Source of the DNA: an uncultured Actinomycetes bacterium
GTDB lineage: Bacteria > Actinomycetota > Thermoleophilia > Solirubrobacterales > 70-9
Assembly (NCBI GenBank): GCA_963843315.1
Contig: CAWJJU010000002.1
Span: forward strand, 166,872 to 230,871
Length of the DNA stretch: 64,000 bases
Direction of reading: 5' to 3'
The position numbers and the translations under genes were made by a program. The notes below the pieces were generated by a model. The model saw only the letters and a list, made by a program, of their open reading frames with translations, did no database searches and was not told where the DNA came from. Every line of letters starts with the position of its first letter. The stretch's first letter is position 1. Shown in pieces: positions 49,713 to 60,505 of the stretch.

Positions 49713-49725
49713 GGGGTCTGACCCC
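49713..49725. repeat. 13-bp palindrome GGGGTCTGACCCC upstream of the clpB promoter
   Basis: Exact family member, followed by a partial second copy (TCTGACCC). Confidence 0.85.
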
Positions 49726-49762
49726 CCCTCTGACCCAAGTTCACAGTCAAGAAGAAGTAGTC

Positions 49763-50134
49763 TCAGCCGAGGCGGTCGGCGAGCCACAGGCCGAACGCGG
49801 CCGCTCCAAGCGCGCCGGCAAGGCCCCCGGCCGCGGCGCGGTCGATCCCCTGGCGCCTCGCGAGCGCGACGGCGAACGTCGCGGCGTCGCCGGCGTCGAT
49901 CGCGGCGTTCATCCGCGCGACCCCCGCCGCCCGCTCGGGGTCGCCCGCCGTGGCGACGGCGAGCGCGCCCGTGGCGAGGTCGCGGGTGCCGGCCAGGCGC
50001 GCGAGCGCCATCACCTGAGGGTCGGCTCGGTCGAAACCGAGGGCCGGCATCGCGGCGCACGGGGCCAGCCAGATCCCGGCCCCCAGGGCCATCCGCCCCG
50101 CCCCGGCGAGCCTCGCCAGCGCGGCGGGGCTCAC
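49763..50134 (-). CDS. Hypothetical Ala/Gly-rich small membrane-associated protein, last gene of the hspR operon
   Basis: 123-aa ORF whose start overlaps the hspR stop by 4 nt. I recognise no family. Confidence 0.45.
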   Translation of the reverse strand: MSPAALARLAGAGRMALGAGIWLAPCAAMPALGFDRADPQVMALARLAGTRDLATGALAVATAGDPERAAGVARMNAAIDAGDAATFAVALARRQGIDRAAAGGLAGALGAAAFGLWLADRLG

Positions 50135-50637
50135 CGCGGGCGCTCGTCGTCGGGTCGCTCGACGGGAATCTGAACCGGCCCTGCCTCCACGGGCGGGGCC
50201 ATCGACCGGGTCTCGTAGGCGCCGTAGGGAACGATCTCCGTGCGCAGGGAGCGCCGGACGCGGTCCATCTCGTCGAGCATGCGCTGCTCGAGCTCGGCCG
50301 TGCGCTCGCGCATCTTCGCCAGCTCGGTTCGGGCGCGATCGAGCTGGGCCTCCAGTTGCAGGACGGTCTCGACGCCCGCCAGGTTGAGCCCGTTCTCGAC
50401 GGTCATCTCCTGGATGCGGCGCAGCCGCTCGACGTCGCGCTGTGAGTAGAGACGCGTGTTCTTCGGCGAGCGCTGCGGCGAGATCAGGCCGCGGGCCTCG
50501 TACATCCGCAGGGTTTGCGGGTGCATCTCGGCCAGCTCGGCGGCCACCGAGATCATGAACACGCCCCGCGTCTCGTCGAGCGCGCGTGCGGTCACGCGGC
50601 GAACGCGGCGAGGCCTGTTGCCCTCCTCGCTCATCAC
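50131..50637 (-). CDS. hspR: MerR-family heat-shock repressor HspR
   Basis: [48 protein letters not shown] (MerR HTH), positioned after dnaJ as in actinobacterial dnaK operons. The start is either the GTG at 50637 or the ATG at 50634. Confidence 0.85.
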   Translation of the reverse strand: MMSEEGNRPRRVRRVTARALDETRGVFMISVAAELAEMHPQTLRMYEARGLISPQRSPKNTRLYSQRDVERLRRIQEMTVENGLNLAGVETVLQLEAQLDRARTELAKMRERTAELEQRMLDEMDRVRRSLRTEIVPYGAYETRSMAPPVEAGPVQIPVERPDDERPR

Positions 50638-50638
50638 C

Positions 50639-51745
50639 TCAAACCTTCGCGCTCCCGGCGGACGCGTCCCTCAGGAGCTGCTCGCGGGGGTCGTGGTCGT
50701 TCATGTGCTTCGCGAAGTCCTCGAGCGCGCGCTGCTGATCGCGGTTGAGGTCGCGCGGGATCTCGATCTCCAGCCGGTAGTGGATGTCGCCGCGGCCCTT
50801 CCCGCCCGGTCGGGGCGGCCCCTCGCCGCGAAGGCGCTGGATCGCGCCGTGCTCCGTGCCGGCGGGAACCCGGATCCGCTTGGTAGCCGTCAGCGTCGGC
50901 ACCTCCACGGTCGCGCCGCCGACCGCCTCGGAGATGGTGATCGGCACGTGCACGTCCAGATTGCCGTCCGCGCGCTGCTTGAACACGGGCGATGGAGCGA
51001 CCCGGACGACGACGTAGAGATCGCCCGAAGGGCCGCCCAGGGGCCCGTCCTCGCCCTTGCCGGCGATCCGGATCCTCGCGCCGTCGCGAACGCCGGCCGG
51101 GATCTTCACCCGGTAGCGCTTGGTCTGCGCGGTCAGCCCCGAGCCGCCGCACGTCTCGCACGGCGTCTCGATGATCTCCCCCCGCCCACCGCACTTCGAG
51201 CACGGCTGGCTGATGGAGAAGAATCCCTGGCTCTGTCCCTCGACGCCGCGCCCCTCGCAGCGGTCGCAGACCTTGGGGGCGGTCCCCGGCCTGGCCCCCG
51301 AGCCGCCGCAGGTGTTGCAGCGCGCCTGCTTGGGCACGGAAACCGCGACCTCGGTGCCGTCCATCGCCTGGGGAAAGCTCAGCGAGACCTCTGTCTGGAG
51401 GTCACGGCCGGGGATCGGCGCCGCGCCGCCGCCACCGCGGCGGTTGAAGATCGACGAGAAGATGTCCCCGAGGTCGGAGGTGAACCCCCCTCCTCCCCCG
51501 CCGCCGAAGCCGCGAGGGTCGAAGCCCCCGAAGGCGCCACCCGAGTCGAACTCGCGGCGCTTCTCCGGGTCGGAGAGGACGTCGTAGGCCTGCTGGATCT
51601 CCTTGAAGCGCTCCTCGGCCGCCTCATCGCCGGGGTTGCGGTCGGGATGGTGCTCGCGCACCAGCTTGCGGTAGGCCTTCTTGACGTCCTCGGCCGGCGC
51701 CTTGCGGTCGACGCCGAGGACGGTGTAGGGATCGCGGGCCGGCAT
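50639..51745 (-). CDS. dnaJ: Chaperone DnaJ
   Basis: J domain [22 protein letters not shown], a G/F region, and four CxxCxGxG repeats. Confidence 0.95.
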   Translation of the reverse strand: MPARDPYTVLGVDRKAPAEDVKKAYRKLVREHHPDRNPGDEAAEERFKEIQQAYDVLSDPEKRREFDSGGAFGGFDPRGFGGGGGGGFTSDLGDIFSSIFNRRGGGGAAPIPGRDLQTEVSLSFPQAMDGTEVAVSVPKQARCNTCGGSGARPGTAPKVCDRCEGRGVEGQSQGFFSISQPCSKCGGRGEIIETPCETCGGSGLTAQTKRYRVKIPAGVRDGARIRIAGKGEDGPLGGPSGDLYVVVRVAPSPVFKQRADGNLDVHVPITISEAVGGATVEVPTLTATKRIRVPAGTEHGAIQRLRGEGPPRPGGKGRGDIHYRLEIEIPRDLNRDQQRALEDFAKHMNDHDPREQLLRDASAGSAKV

Positions 51746-51748
51746 GGG

Positions 51749-52301
51749 CTACTCCGCGACGACGACCCGAGCCGGGCGGATCACCTGCCCGTCGAGCCGG
51801 TAGCCGAGCTCAAGCGTCTCGATCACCGAGCCCGAGCCGGCGTCCTCCTCGGCGCGGGTGGCCAGGGCCTCGTGGAAGTTCGGGTCGAAGGCCTCGCCCC
51901 TGGGGTCGTAGGCCTCGATGCCGGCGCGCTTCAGGGCCGAGACGAGGTCTGCTCGAACCAGCTCGACGCCCTTGCGCAGCGGGTCGTCCGCGGTCGCGGC
52001 CGCCAGGGCGCGATCGAGGTTGTCGATCACGGGGATCAGGTCGCGGGCGAGGCCGGCCTTGGCGCGCTTCTCCGCGTCGGCTGCCTCGCCGGCCGCGCGC
52101 TTGCGGAAGTTCTCGAAGTCCGCGCGGGCACGCTGCGCGAGCTCGAGGTACTCGTCGCGCTCGCGAGTGGCGTCGGCGAGCAGCGCATCCAGGTCGCTCT
52201 CGACGGCGGCGCTGTCGGCACTGGGGTCAGACCCCTCGTCGCTCTCGCCCCGGACAGCGTCCGGTGTGCGGGGGTCTGACCCCTGGGTCGCTGACCCCTC
52301 G

Positions 52302-52309
<8 letters not shown>
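51749..52309 (-). CDS. grpE: Nucleotide exchange factor GrpE
   Basis: Starts at the ATG at 52309 ([13 protein letters not shown]..). Contains ..[47 protein letters not shown]. Confidence 0.9.
52223..52283. repeat. Palindrome pair GGGGTCAGACCCC (52223-52235) and GGGGTCTGACCCC (52271-52283) inside the grpE N-terminal coding region
   Basis: Two exact family members separated by a 35-nt spacer. Both are translated as GSDP in GrpE. Confidence 0.9.
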
Positions 52310-54198
<1,889 letters not shown>

Positions 54199-54299
54199 TC
54201 AGTTTCTCCTTCTAATGTTCAAGCTCTGGAAATCTAAGCGGGACCGTAGCAGATATATGTATGCCGGGCAAGGGCTTCAGCCCTGAGGGAAAGCCAGAT

Positions 54300-54318
54300 G
54301 CCGCGGTGAGACCGCGGC
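54300..54318 (-). terminator. Hairpin GCCGCGGT-gag-ACCGCGGC immediately after the GT4 paralogue 3 stop
   Basis: An 8-bp perfect stem adjacent to the stop at 54319. A second hairpin, AGGGCttcaGCCCT, is at 54272-54285, and both lie upstream of the dnaK promoter region. Confidence 0.45.
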
Positions 54319-55407
54319 TCAGGCGAGGAGCTCGCGCAGGTCCGCGAGCGTGTTGTCCCAGGACAGGCGCTGCTGGGATCGCAGCGTGCCCTCGGCGAGG
54401 CCGGCGCGCACGCGGCTGTCGCCGATCCGCTCGATCGCCTTCGCCAGGGCCTTCACGTCGGGGTCGAAGGCGGCGATTCCGGAGTCTGCCGGCTGGTCGC
54501 GCTCGACGCCGGGCACCAGCAGCCCGTTCTCCCCATCGAAGACCACCTCGTTCATCGGCGGGTTGTCGTTGGCGATCTGGGGGAGGCCGAGGCCGACGGC
54601 CTCGAAGAGGTGCAGGCCGAGGCCCTCCCAGCGGCTCACCGACAGGCACGCGTCGGAGGCGGCGAACAGGCGCTGGTAGCCCTCGTTGGGCATGTCCTCG
54701 AAGATCAGCTCGACGCGGGGGTCGTCGGCCGCGAGCTTTCGCAGGAAGCCCTCGCGGCCGTCGATCTGGGCCTTGAGGCGCAGGCGCAGGTGGTCGCCCT
54801 TCGCCCTGTGGAAGGCCTTGAACATCGGCCGCAGGGGCTTGCGCTTGTCGACGTGGCCGCCGGGGAAGAAGAGGACGCAGGTGCCGTCGTCGGCGCGGCC
54901 CTCGGCGCGGTAGCGCTCGCCCGCCTCGATCAGCTCCGGGTGGCATCCCCAGCGAACGCGCGGGCTGTCGATGCCCATCGTCGAATACCGCGACTGCTCG
55001 CAGGCGAGCACCGAGTAGACGACGTCGAAGGCGCCCTTGGCGGCCTCGACGTGCTCATCGGAGAAGGTCTCCCAGACGAAGCGGCCGATCGTCCGCACGC
55101 CGGCCGCGCGCAGCTTGGCGATCTCGTCGAACTGGTAGTTCTGATCGAAGAAGACGGCCTCGAGCTCATGGCTGCGCGCGAACTCGAGCATCTCCTCGGC
55201 CGGGATCAGATAGTGGGACGCCTCGGTGATGCCCGGCTGGTCCCAGATGTCGGTGCGGTCGATGAAGCCGGGGCGAGCGGCGGTGAGCTTCGTGGGCCGG
55301 GCCAGCACGAACGTCTCATGGCCCAGCGCGTCGAGCGCCGAGCGCAGATGCCGGCCGACGATCGCCTGGCCGCGGTTGTGCCAGTAGCTGCAGACCCCGA
55401 GGCGCAT
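54319..55407 (-). CDS. GT4-family glycosyltransferase, paralogue 3
   Basis: MRLGVCSYWHNRGQAIVGRHLRSALDALGHETFVLARP...SRWEGLGLHLFEAVGLGLPQIANDNPPMNEVV..RLSWDNTLADLRELLA. Confidence 0.8.
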   Translation of the reverse strand: MRLGVCSYWHNRGQAIVGRHLRSALDALGHETFVLARPTKLTAARPGFIDRTDIWDQPGITEASHYLIPAEEMLEFARSHELEAVFFDQNYQFDEIAKLRAAGVRTIGRFVWETFSDEHVEAAKGAFDVVYSVLACEQSRYSTMGIDSPRVRWGCHPELIEAGERYRAEGRADDGTCVLFFPGGHVDKRKPLRPMFKAFHRAKGDHLRLRLKAQIDGREGFLRKLAADDPRVELIFEDMPNEGYQRLFAASDACLSVSRWEGLGLHLFEAVGLGLPQIANDNPPMNEVVFDGENGLLVPGVERDQPADSGIAAFDPDVKALAKAIERIGDSRVRAGLAEGTLRSQQRLSWDNTLADLRELLA

Positions 55408-55444
55408 CAGCCTGGGCTACCCCGCTCGATCCTCGGGCGAACGA

Positions 55445-56041
55445 TCAGCCGCCCGACGTCGCCGAGCCGGAGCTGCTGCTCGAGCTCGACGAGGAGCTGC
55501 TCGACGCGCCGCTGGAGCTCGAGGAGCTCGACCCGGTGTCGCAGGTGGTCGAGTCGGCGGTGATCGGCGCGTTGGCGTCCGTGGTGGTCTGCGAGCCCGC
55601 GCCGGTGGCCGACGAGGCCGCCGGCGTCTGCTGAGCCGGGGGCGCCTCGCCGAGGTAGTTGACGTTGCGGGCGACGAAGTTGGCAACCGTCTCGGCCTGT
55701 CCGCCGGTCAGGATGCCCTTCGGCATCCGGCCGCCGATGCCGCCGAGCACGGCGTTCAGCACCCTGGAGCAGTTTCCGTCGACGGTGTCCTGCGACTCGG
55801 TCGCGGAGCCGGCGAGAAGGACATCGAGGTTGGGGCCGACGACGCCGTCGGTGCCCGCGGCTGACAGCGTGTGGCAGGCGCCGCAGTTGGTCTGAAACAG
55901 CTGCTGCGCATGGTGGTCTGACGACGCGATCGGCTTGGCCGCCGCGCCCTCGCTGCCCTTCGACTGGAGGACCCAGAACGGGATGACGATGGCGAAGATC
56001 ACCGCGAAGGTGCCGAATATGGAAATCGCGTTTTTGCTCAT
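55445..56041 (-). CDS. Membrane-anchored c-type cytochrome with a Ser-rich C-terminal tail
   Basis: N-terminal TM helix, heme motif CGACH, a distal Met region GGRMPKG, and the C-terminus ..GSSSSSSSGASSSSSSSSSSSSGSATSGG. Confidence 0.75.
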   Translation of the reverse strand: MSKNAISIFGTFAVIFAIVIPFWVLQSKGSEGAAAKPIASSDHHAQQLFQTNCGACHTLSAAGTDGVVGPNLDVLLAGSATESQDTVDGNCSRVLNAVLGGIGGRMPKGILTGGQAETVANFVARNVNYLGEAPPAQQTPAASSATGAGSQTTTDANAPITADSTTCDTGSSSSSSSGASSSSSSSSSSSSGSATSGG

Positions 56042-56098
56042 CTGACGCTCCGCGCGGCGCAGGCCACGCGGGCGCGGATACTACCTAGATGCCCGGGG

Positions 56099-57301
56099 TC
56101 ACTTCCGCATGCTCAGCGTGCTGAAGAGCCCCGCGTGGTCCGAGTCCCAGAACCCGTTCACCGGCGCGCGGCCCGTGACTGACGAGTTCGCGAGCTTCAC
56201 GCCCTTCGGATCGTCGGTCATGACGTGGTCGACCTGGTGGTCGAAGTCGGTGACGCTCCCCATGTCGTCCGTGAGGATCCCCGTGTTGAGGCAGCAGCCG
56301 AGCGGATTCGCCGTGCTGCGCTCCGTGTAGCCGCGCCCGCGCAGCGCGTTGTAGGCGAGGCGATCGTCGCCGCTCACGGTGTCGTCGTCGGAGTTGCAGT
56401 CGCACACGAGCACCACCGGGAGCTTGCCCTTGGGGTCGGCGACGCTTCCCTTCTTCGTGAGCTCCTTCGCCTGCGCCTCGCGGATCGCCGGATCGCCGAA
56501 CGCCTCGAGGTGCGTGTCGACGAATCGGAACTTCGGCGACTTGCCGACCTTCGCGTCGACGCTCAGCCAGCCCCTGATCACGTGGACCTGAAGCGCGCCA
56601 CCGACCAAGGGCTCGTAAAGGGTGTGGTAGTGGCCGGTCTCGACATTCGACGTCTTGACCCGGCTTCCGACCTTGGCGAGGATGACGTCGCGCATCGTCA
56701 GGCGGTCGTTCTCCTCGCCGTCGCACTGCACGGGACAGGCGTCTCCGTCCCCGGCGATGTCGTTGTAGTCGGCCGGCGCCTCGAAGTCGAACTCCTGGTT
56801 CGCCTTGACCACCCGGTAGCGCTTCTTGCCGGCGTTGAGCTGGCCCAGGAGCTCCTTCAGGTAGTCGTAGCGGACATCGCTGGCAGTGAACGCGCAGTCA
56901 TACGGCGGGTCGCTGTCGACCGAGTCGCCCGTGCAGGTGAAGGGCGCGCCATCGCTGAGCGGTCCCTTGCGCCACAGGGCAACCTCCTGGAGGCCGACGA
57001 GATCGGGGGACTTCGAGCGGATCTCCTTGGCGAGGCCCTTCGCCCGGACGGGGAAGTTGTTGGTGTCGACATCGCGGACGATCTGCCCGTTGGCGTCGAC
57101 GAACTCGTTCGTGGCCGAGGAGTTGATCGCCAGGCCCAGGTCCGCGCCCAGGTAGACGTTGCGGCTCATCACCTTGACCTTCGCCGGCTTCGGCTTGTGG
57201 TGGTGATGGTGATGGTGATGGTGGCCCTTGGCGGCGGCGCCTGCGGCCAGCGCGAGGCTCAGCGCGCCCGCCAGCGCGACGACGCGTCCCATGAACGACA
57301 T
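56099..57301 (-). CDS. Secreted endonuclease/exonuclease/phosphatase (EEP) family protein with a native His9 tract
   Basis: Signal peptide, then KGHHHHHHHHHKPKP, then VMSRNVYLG..VGLQEV..VDTHLEA..DHVMT..WDSDHAG (EEP catalytic motifs). Confidence 0.7.
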   Translation of the reverse strand: MSFMGRVVALAGALSLALAAGAAAKGHHHHHHHHHKPKPAKVKVMSRNVYLGADLGLAINSSATNEFVDANGQIVRDVDTNNFPVRAKGLAKEIRSKSPDLVGLQEVALWRKGPLSDGAPFTCTGDSVDSDPPYDCAFTASDVRYDYLKELLGQLNAGKKRYRVVKANQEFDFEAPADYNDIAGDGDACPVQCDGEENDRLTMRDVILAKVGSRVKTSNVETGHYHTLYEPLVGGALQVHVIRGWLSVDAKVGKSPKFRFVDTHLEAFGDPAIREAQAKELTKKGSVADPKGKLPVVLVCDCNSDDDTVSGDDRLAYNALRGRGYTERSTANPLGCCLNTGILTDDMGSVTDFDHQVDHVMTDDPKGVKLANSSVTGRAPVNGFWDSDHAGLFSTLSMRK

Positions 57302-57337
57302 CTAGTCTCTCCTCCTGGTTGCTCTCTCTCGGCGGGA

Positions 57338-58057
57338 TCACCCTTGCCGATCCCGCCGGGACCGTAGCACTCGCCAGTAGGGGCACATCCGCCGAAGCTC
57401 GCACTCCCCGCATCGCGGCTTCGGGCGGCAGACCCGCCGCCCGTGGGTGATCAGGTTGATGTGGAACTCGTACGCGTCCTCGGGATCGACGATGCGAAGC
57501 ATCTGGTCGTGCTCTTCCTCGAACGAGGAGCCGGGGCGAAACAGGCCAAGCCTTCCGCCCACCCGGTGGACGTGGGTGTCGACCGGGATCTCGGGGCGGC
57601 CGAGGGCGAAGATCATCACGCAGGCCGCGGTCTTGCGCCCGACGCCCCCGAGGCTCGTGAGGAACTCCAGGGCCTCCTCGCGCGGAGCCTGGGCCAGCCA
57701 GTCGAGGGTCGGCTCGCCGCCGTCCTCCGGCAGCTCGCGCAGCGCCTCCTGGATGCGCGGGCCCTTGATGTTCGACAGGCCGCCGGGCCTGATCGCCTCG
57801 ATCACCTCCTCGGTCGGGGCGTCGCGGACGTCGACCCAGGTAGGGAAGCGCTCGCGCAGGCGGTCGTAGGCGCGGTCGCGGTTGAGGTCGGAGGTGTTCT
57901 GGGAGAGGATCGTGCGGACGAGCTCGGCGATCGGGTGGCCGTGCGGGCGGTTGACCGGCCTGCCGTAGAGCTTGCGAAGGCGATCGCGGATCGCCCGGAC
58001 CCGCCGGCGCTCGGGCCGGCGCCAGCTCGCCTCGCCACTCGCCCGCGTCGCCGCCAC
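57338..58057 (-). CDS. nth: Endonuclease III (HhH-GPD DNA glycosylase with a 4Fe-4S cluster)
   Basis: Starts at the GTG at 58057. Contains ..LVRTILSQNTSD.., the HhH LGGVGRKTAACV, ..VDTHVHRV.., and the cluster motif CRPKPRCGECELRRMCPY. Confidence 0.85.
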   Translation of the reverse strand: MAATRASGEASWRRPERRRVRAIRDRLRKLYGRPVNRPHGHPIAELVRTILSQNTSDLNRDRAYDRLRERFPTWVDVRDAPTEEVIEAIRPGGLSNIKGPRIQEALRELPEDGGEPTLDWLAQAPREEALEFLTSLGGVGRKTAACVMIFALGRPEIPVDTHVHRVGGRLGLFRPGSSFEEEHDQMLRIVDPEDAYEFHINLITHGRRVCRPKPRCGECELRRMCPYWRVLRSRRDRQG

Positions 58058-58081
58058 GCCGCCAGGATATGTTCTTGCGCC

Positions 58082-58903
58082 ATGGGCGCGATCGAGGAAC
58101 GACACGTCGAGGCTGGAGGGATCCGCACCTTCCTGCGCAGCTCTCCGGGCGAGGGCGTACCCGCCGTGTTCGTCCACGGCAATCCCACGAGCTCGCTGGA
58201 CTGGGTGCCGTTCCTGGAGCGCCTGACGGTGCCGGGCCTCGCGCCCGACCTGCCCTGCTTCGGCCGCTCCGAGCGCCCGGCGGGCGATCGCTTCAACCCC
58301 ACGATGAGGTCCTACGCCCGCTGGTTTCGCAGGTTCACCGACGCCATGGAGCTCGAGCGCTACTCGCTCGTGGTCCACGACTGGGGCAGCGTCGCCCTGG
58401 CAGGCGCTCTCGCGGCGCCGGAGCGTCTGCACCGGCTCGTCCTGGTGAACGCCGTGGCACTGCTGCCTGGATACCGGTGGCATTGGGTGGCGCGGATCTG
58501 GCGCCGCCGCGGCCTCGGCGAATTCTTCAACGCGATCACCACCGAGCAGGCGACCCGCCTGCTGATGCGCCAGGGGCGGCCGGGGTTCAAGAGGATGCCG
58601 GCGGGCTTCGTCGAGGACCTGTGGCCGCTGTGGGATCGCGATACGCGCCGGGCGGTCCTGCGCCTGTATCGCTCGGCCAACCCGGACAAGCTCGCCGCGG
58701 CCGGCCTGCGACTCGGGCGGGTCGAGTGCCCGTCGCTCGTCGTGTGGGGCGCCCGCGATCCCTACCTGCCGGCCCGCTTCGGGCGCGCCTACGCGGAGCG
58801 CCTGCCGCACTCGCGGTTGGTCGAGCTCGACCGGGCCGGCCACTGGCCCTGGCTCGACGAGCCGGGCGCAATCCGGCTCGTTGCGGACTTCGTCGGCGCC
58901 TGA
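58082..58903 (+). CDS. Alpha/beta hydrolase (haloalkane dehalogenase / epoxide hydrolase-like)
   Basis: VFVHGNPTSS, the nucleophile region VVHDWGS, and ..AGHWPWLDEP. Confidence 0.75.
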   Translation: MGAIEERHVEAGGIRTFLRSSPGEGVPAVFVHGNPTSSLDWVPFLERLTVPGLAPDLPCFGRSERPAGDRFNPTMRSYARWFRRFTDAMELERYSLVVHDWGSVALAGALAAPERLHRLVLVNAVALLPGYRWHWVARIWRRRGLGEFFNAITTEQATRLLMRQGRPGFKRMPAGFVEDLWPLWDRDTRRAVLRLYRSANPDKLAAAGLRLGRVECPSLVVWGARDPYLPARFGRAYAERLPHSRLVELDRAGHWPWLDEPGAIRLVADFVGA

Positions 58904-58954
58904 GCGCGAATTACTTGAGCGTCCGCCACACCGCCTTTACAATCCCGCAACTTG

Positions 58955-59728
58955 ATGTCTCGGCCAATTCGCTTCGCGCACCGCCGTCTCCCGAACGGCC
59001 TGCCCGACGCTCTGCGGCAGGTTCTCCTGTTTGCGCTCGCGTATGGGCTCTACCAGCTCGTCCGTGGCCTGGTCCACTCCGAGCGCGCGCTCGCGTTCGC
59101 CAACACCGAGCACGTCGTCCACATCGAGCGCTCGCTGGGCGCCTTCTTCGAGCCCGGGCTGCAGCAGGCGATGATGACCCACCGCTGGATCATCGACTTC
59201 GCGGACTTCATGTACCTGAACAGCCACTTCATCCTGACCGCGTCGTTCCTGATCTGGCTCTACATGCGCCGCAACGACAACTTCTACTTCGTGCGCAACA
59301 TGTTCATGGTGGCGATGGGGCTGGCGCTGGTCGGCTACGCGCTCTTCCCCACCGCGCCGCCGCGCGTGCTGCCCTCGCTCGGGTTCACCGACACGGTCGC
59401 CGCGGTCGCGCACGTGAACGACAACTCGTCGATCTCCAGCGTCTTCGTCAACCAGTACGCGGCTGTGCCCTCGATGCACATCGCCTTCGCGCTGCTGATC
59501 GCAGTACCTGGCATGCTCGTGTCGCGCTCCCTCGGCGCGCGCCTGTGGTGGTCGGCCTACCCGATGCTCGTCTTCTTCGTGATCGTCGTCACCGCGAACC
59601 ACTTCTGGTTCGACGCGGCGTGCGGGGCGGCCGTGGCCTGCATGGCGGCGGTCGCAGCGCGGCAGCTCGCCCGAGTTCGCCCCGAGGCATGGGCCTGGCG
59701 CGAGCCGCAGGGCGAGATCGCGGCCTAG
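58955..59728 (+). CDS. PAP2-superfamily membrane protein (inositolphosphotransferase/Aur1-like)
   Basis: Polytopic. Carries PSMH and NHFWFD (HxxxD), the PAP2 C2/C3-like motifs. Confidence 0.6.
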   Translation: MSRPIRFAHRRLPNGLPDALRQVLLFALAYGLYQLVRGLVHSERALAFANTEHVVHIERSLGAFFEPGLQQAMMTHRWIIDFADFMYLNSHFILTASFLIWLYMRRNDNFYFVRNMFMVAMGLALVGYALFPTAPPRVLPSLGFTDTVAAVAHVNDNSSISSVFVNQYAAVPSMHIAFALLIAVPGMLVSRSLGARLWWSAYPMLVFFVIVVTANHFWFDAACGAAVACMAAVAARQLARVRPEAWAWREPQGEIAA

Positions 59729-59752
59729 CCAAAGCGGCTACCGTCAGCCACC

Positions 59753-60385
59753 GTGGAGAGTGAGTCCGGGCAGCTGCGCGACGTTCGCACCGCCGCGGAG
59801 CTTCGCGGCTTCGCGCGCAACCGGCTGATCGAGTCGCGGCTGACCCCGAACGCCATCTCGCTCACCGGCTTCGTGCTGAACGTCGTCGCCGCCGTCCTGG
59901 TGGTCGAGCGCCTCTTTTTCCTTGCCGGCGTCGCGTTCATCGTCGGCTCGGTCATGGACACGCTCGACGGCCGCTACTCGCGGATGTCTGGCAAGGGGAC
60001 GCAGTTCGGGGCCTTCCTGGACTCCACCCTCGACCGCGTCGAGGAGGGCGTCGTCCTCACCGCGGCGGCCTGGTACTTCGCGGACACGGGAGACGCAATT
60101 CCCGCGGCGGCCTGCGTCGCGGCGGTCGTCGGGTCACTCATGGTCAGCTACACGCGGGCCCGCGCCGAGGCCCTCGGGGTGGAGTGCAAGGTCGGCATCG
60201 CCACCAGGCCCGTGCGCGTCGTCGTGCTCTCGGCGGGGCTGATCTTCGCGAAGGGCGCTAGCCTTGGCTCCTTCGAGCTGCTCGCTCCCTCCATCTACGT
60301 GATGGTCGGATTGACCGCCGTGACGGTCGTCCAGCGCGTTTGGCACGTGCGTGGGGAGCTCAGGCGAGTGTCTGAGGGGCTTTAG
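59753..60385 (+). CDS. CDP-alcohol phosphatidyltransferase (probable phosphatidylinositol-phosphate synthase)
   Basis: Motif DTLDGRYSRMSGKGTQFGAFLDSTLDRVEE, which fits D-x2-DG-x2-AR..G-x3-D-x3-D. The gene lies directly upstream of ino1. Confidence 0.8.
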   Translation: MESESGQLRDVRTAAELRGFARNRLIESRLTPNAISLTGFVLNVVAAVLVVERLFFLAGVAFIVGSVMDTLDGRYSRMSGKGTQFGAFLDSTLDRVEEGVVLTAAAWYFADTGDAIPAAACVAAVVGSLMVSYTRARAEALGVECKVGIATRPVRVVVLSAGLIFAKGASLGSFELLAPSIYVMVGLTAVTVVQRVWHVRGELRRVSEGL

Positions 60386-60425
60386 CCCCGAAAGGAGCAT
60401 GTAAAGGACGGCGAAGCCGTCCGCA
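60372..60425 (+). repeat. Modular hairpin repeat, copy 1 (module A 60372-60400, module B 60406-60425)
   Basis: Module A is CTGAGGGGCTTTAGCCCCGAAAGGAGCAT, and the gene's TAG stop sits in the loop of its hairpin. Module B is GGACGGCGAAGCCGTCCGCA. Both recur after ino1. Confidence 0.85.
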
Positions 60426-60505
60426 AGAGATGTTCGACCGATGTAACCAGGGTGTGAATCCGGCATATATTCGGTTCCCCACCCGCCGAGGAGGCTTTCG
60501 CACGC

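Noticed and set aside
54199-54318. Canonical HAIR (CTTGAGT-N7-ACTCAAG) or CIRCE elements upstream of dnaK and clpB
   Set aside because: The best candidates, for example CTTGACATGCTGACTCATG at clpB, have the wrong spacing and several mismatches. Only the shared CTTAGATTT box is reported, and at low confidence.
57197-57223. The His9 tract as expression-vector (His-tag) contamination
   Set aside because: The tract is internal to a continuous native ORF, lying after a signal peptide and before the EEP domain. The flanks are typical for this genome, with no vector-like sequence, protease site or start codon adjacent to it.
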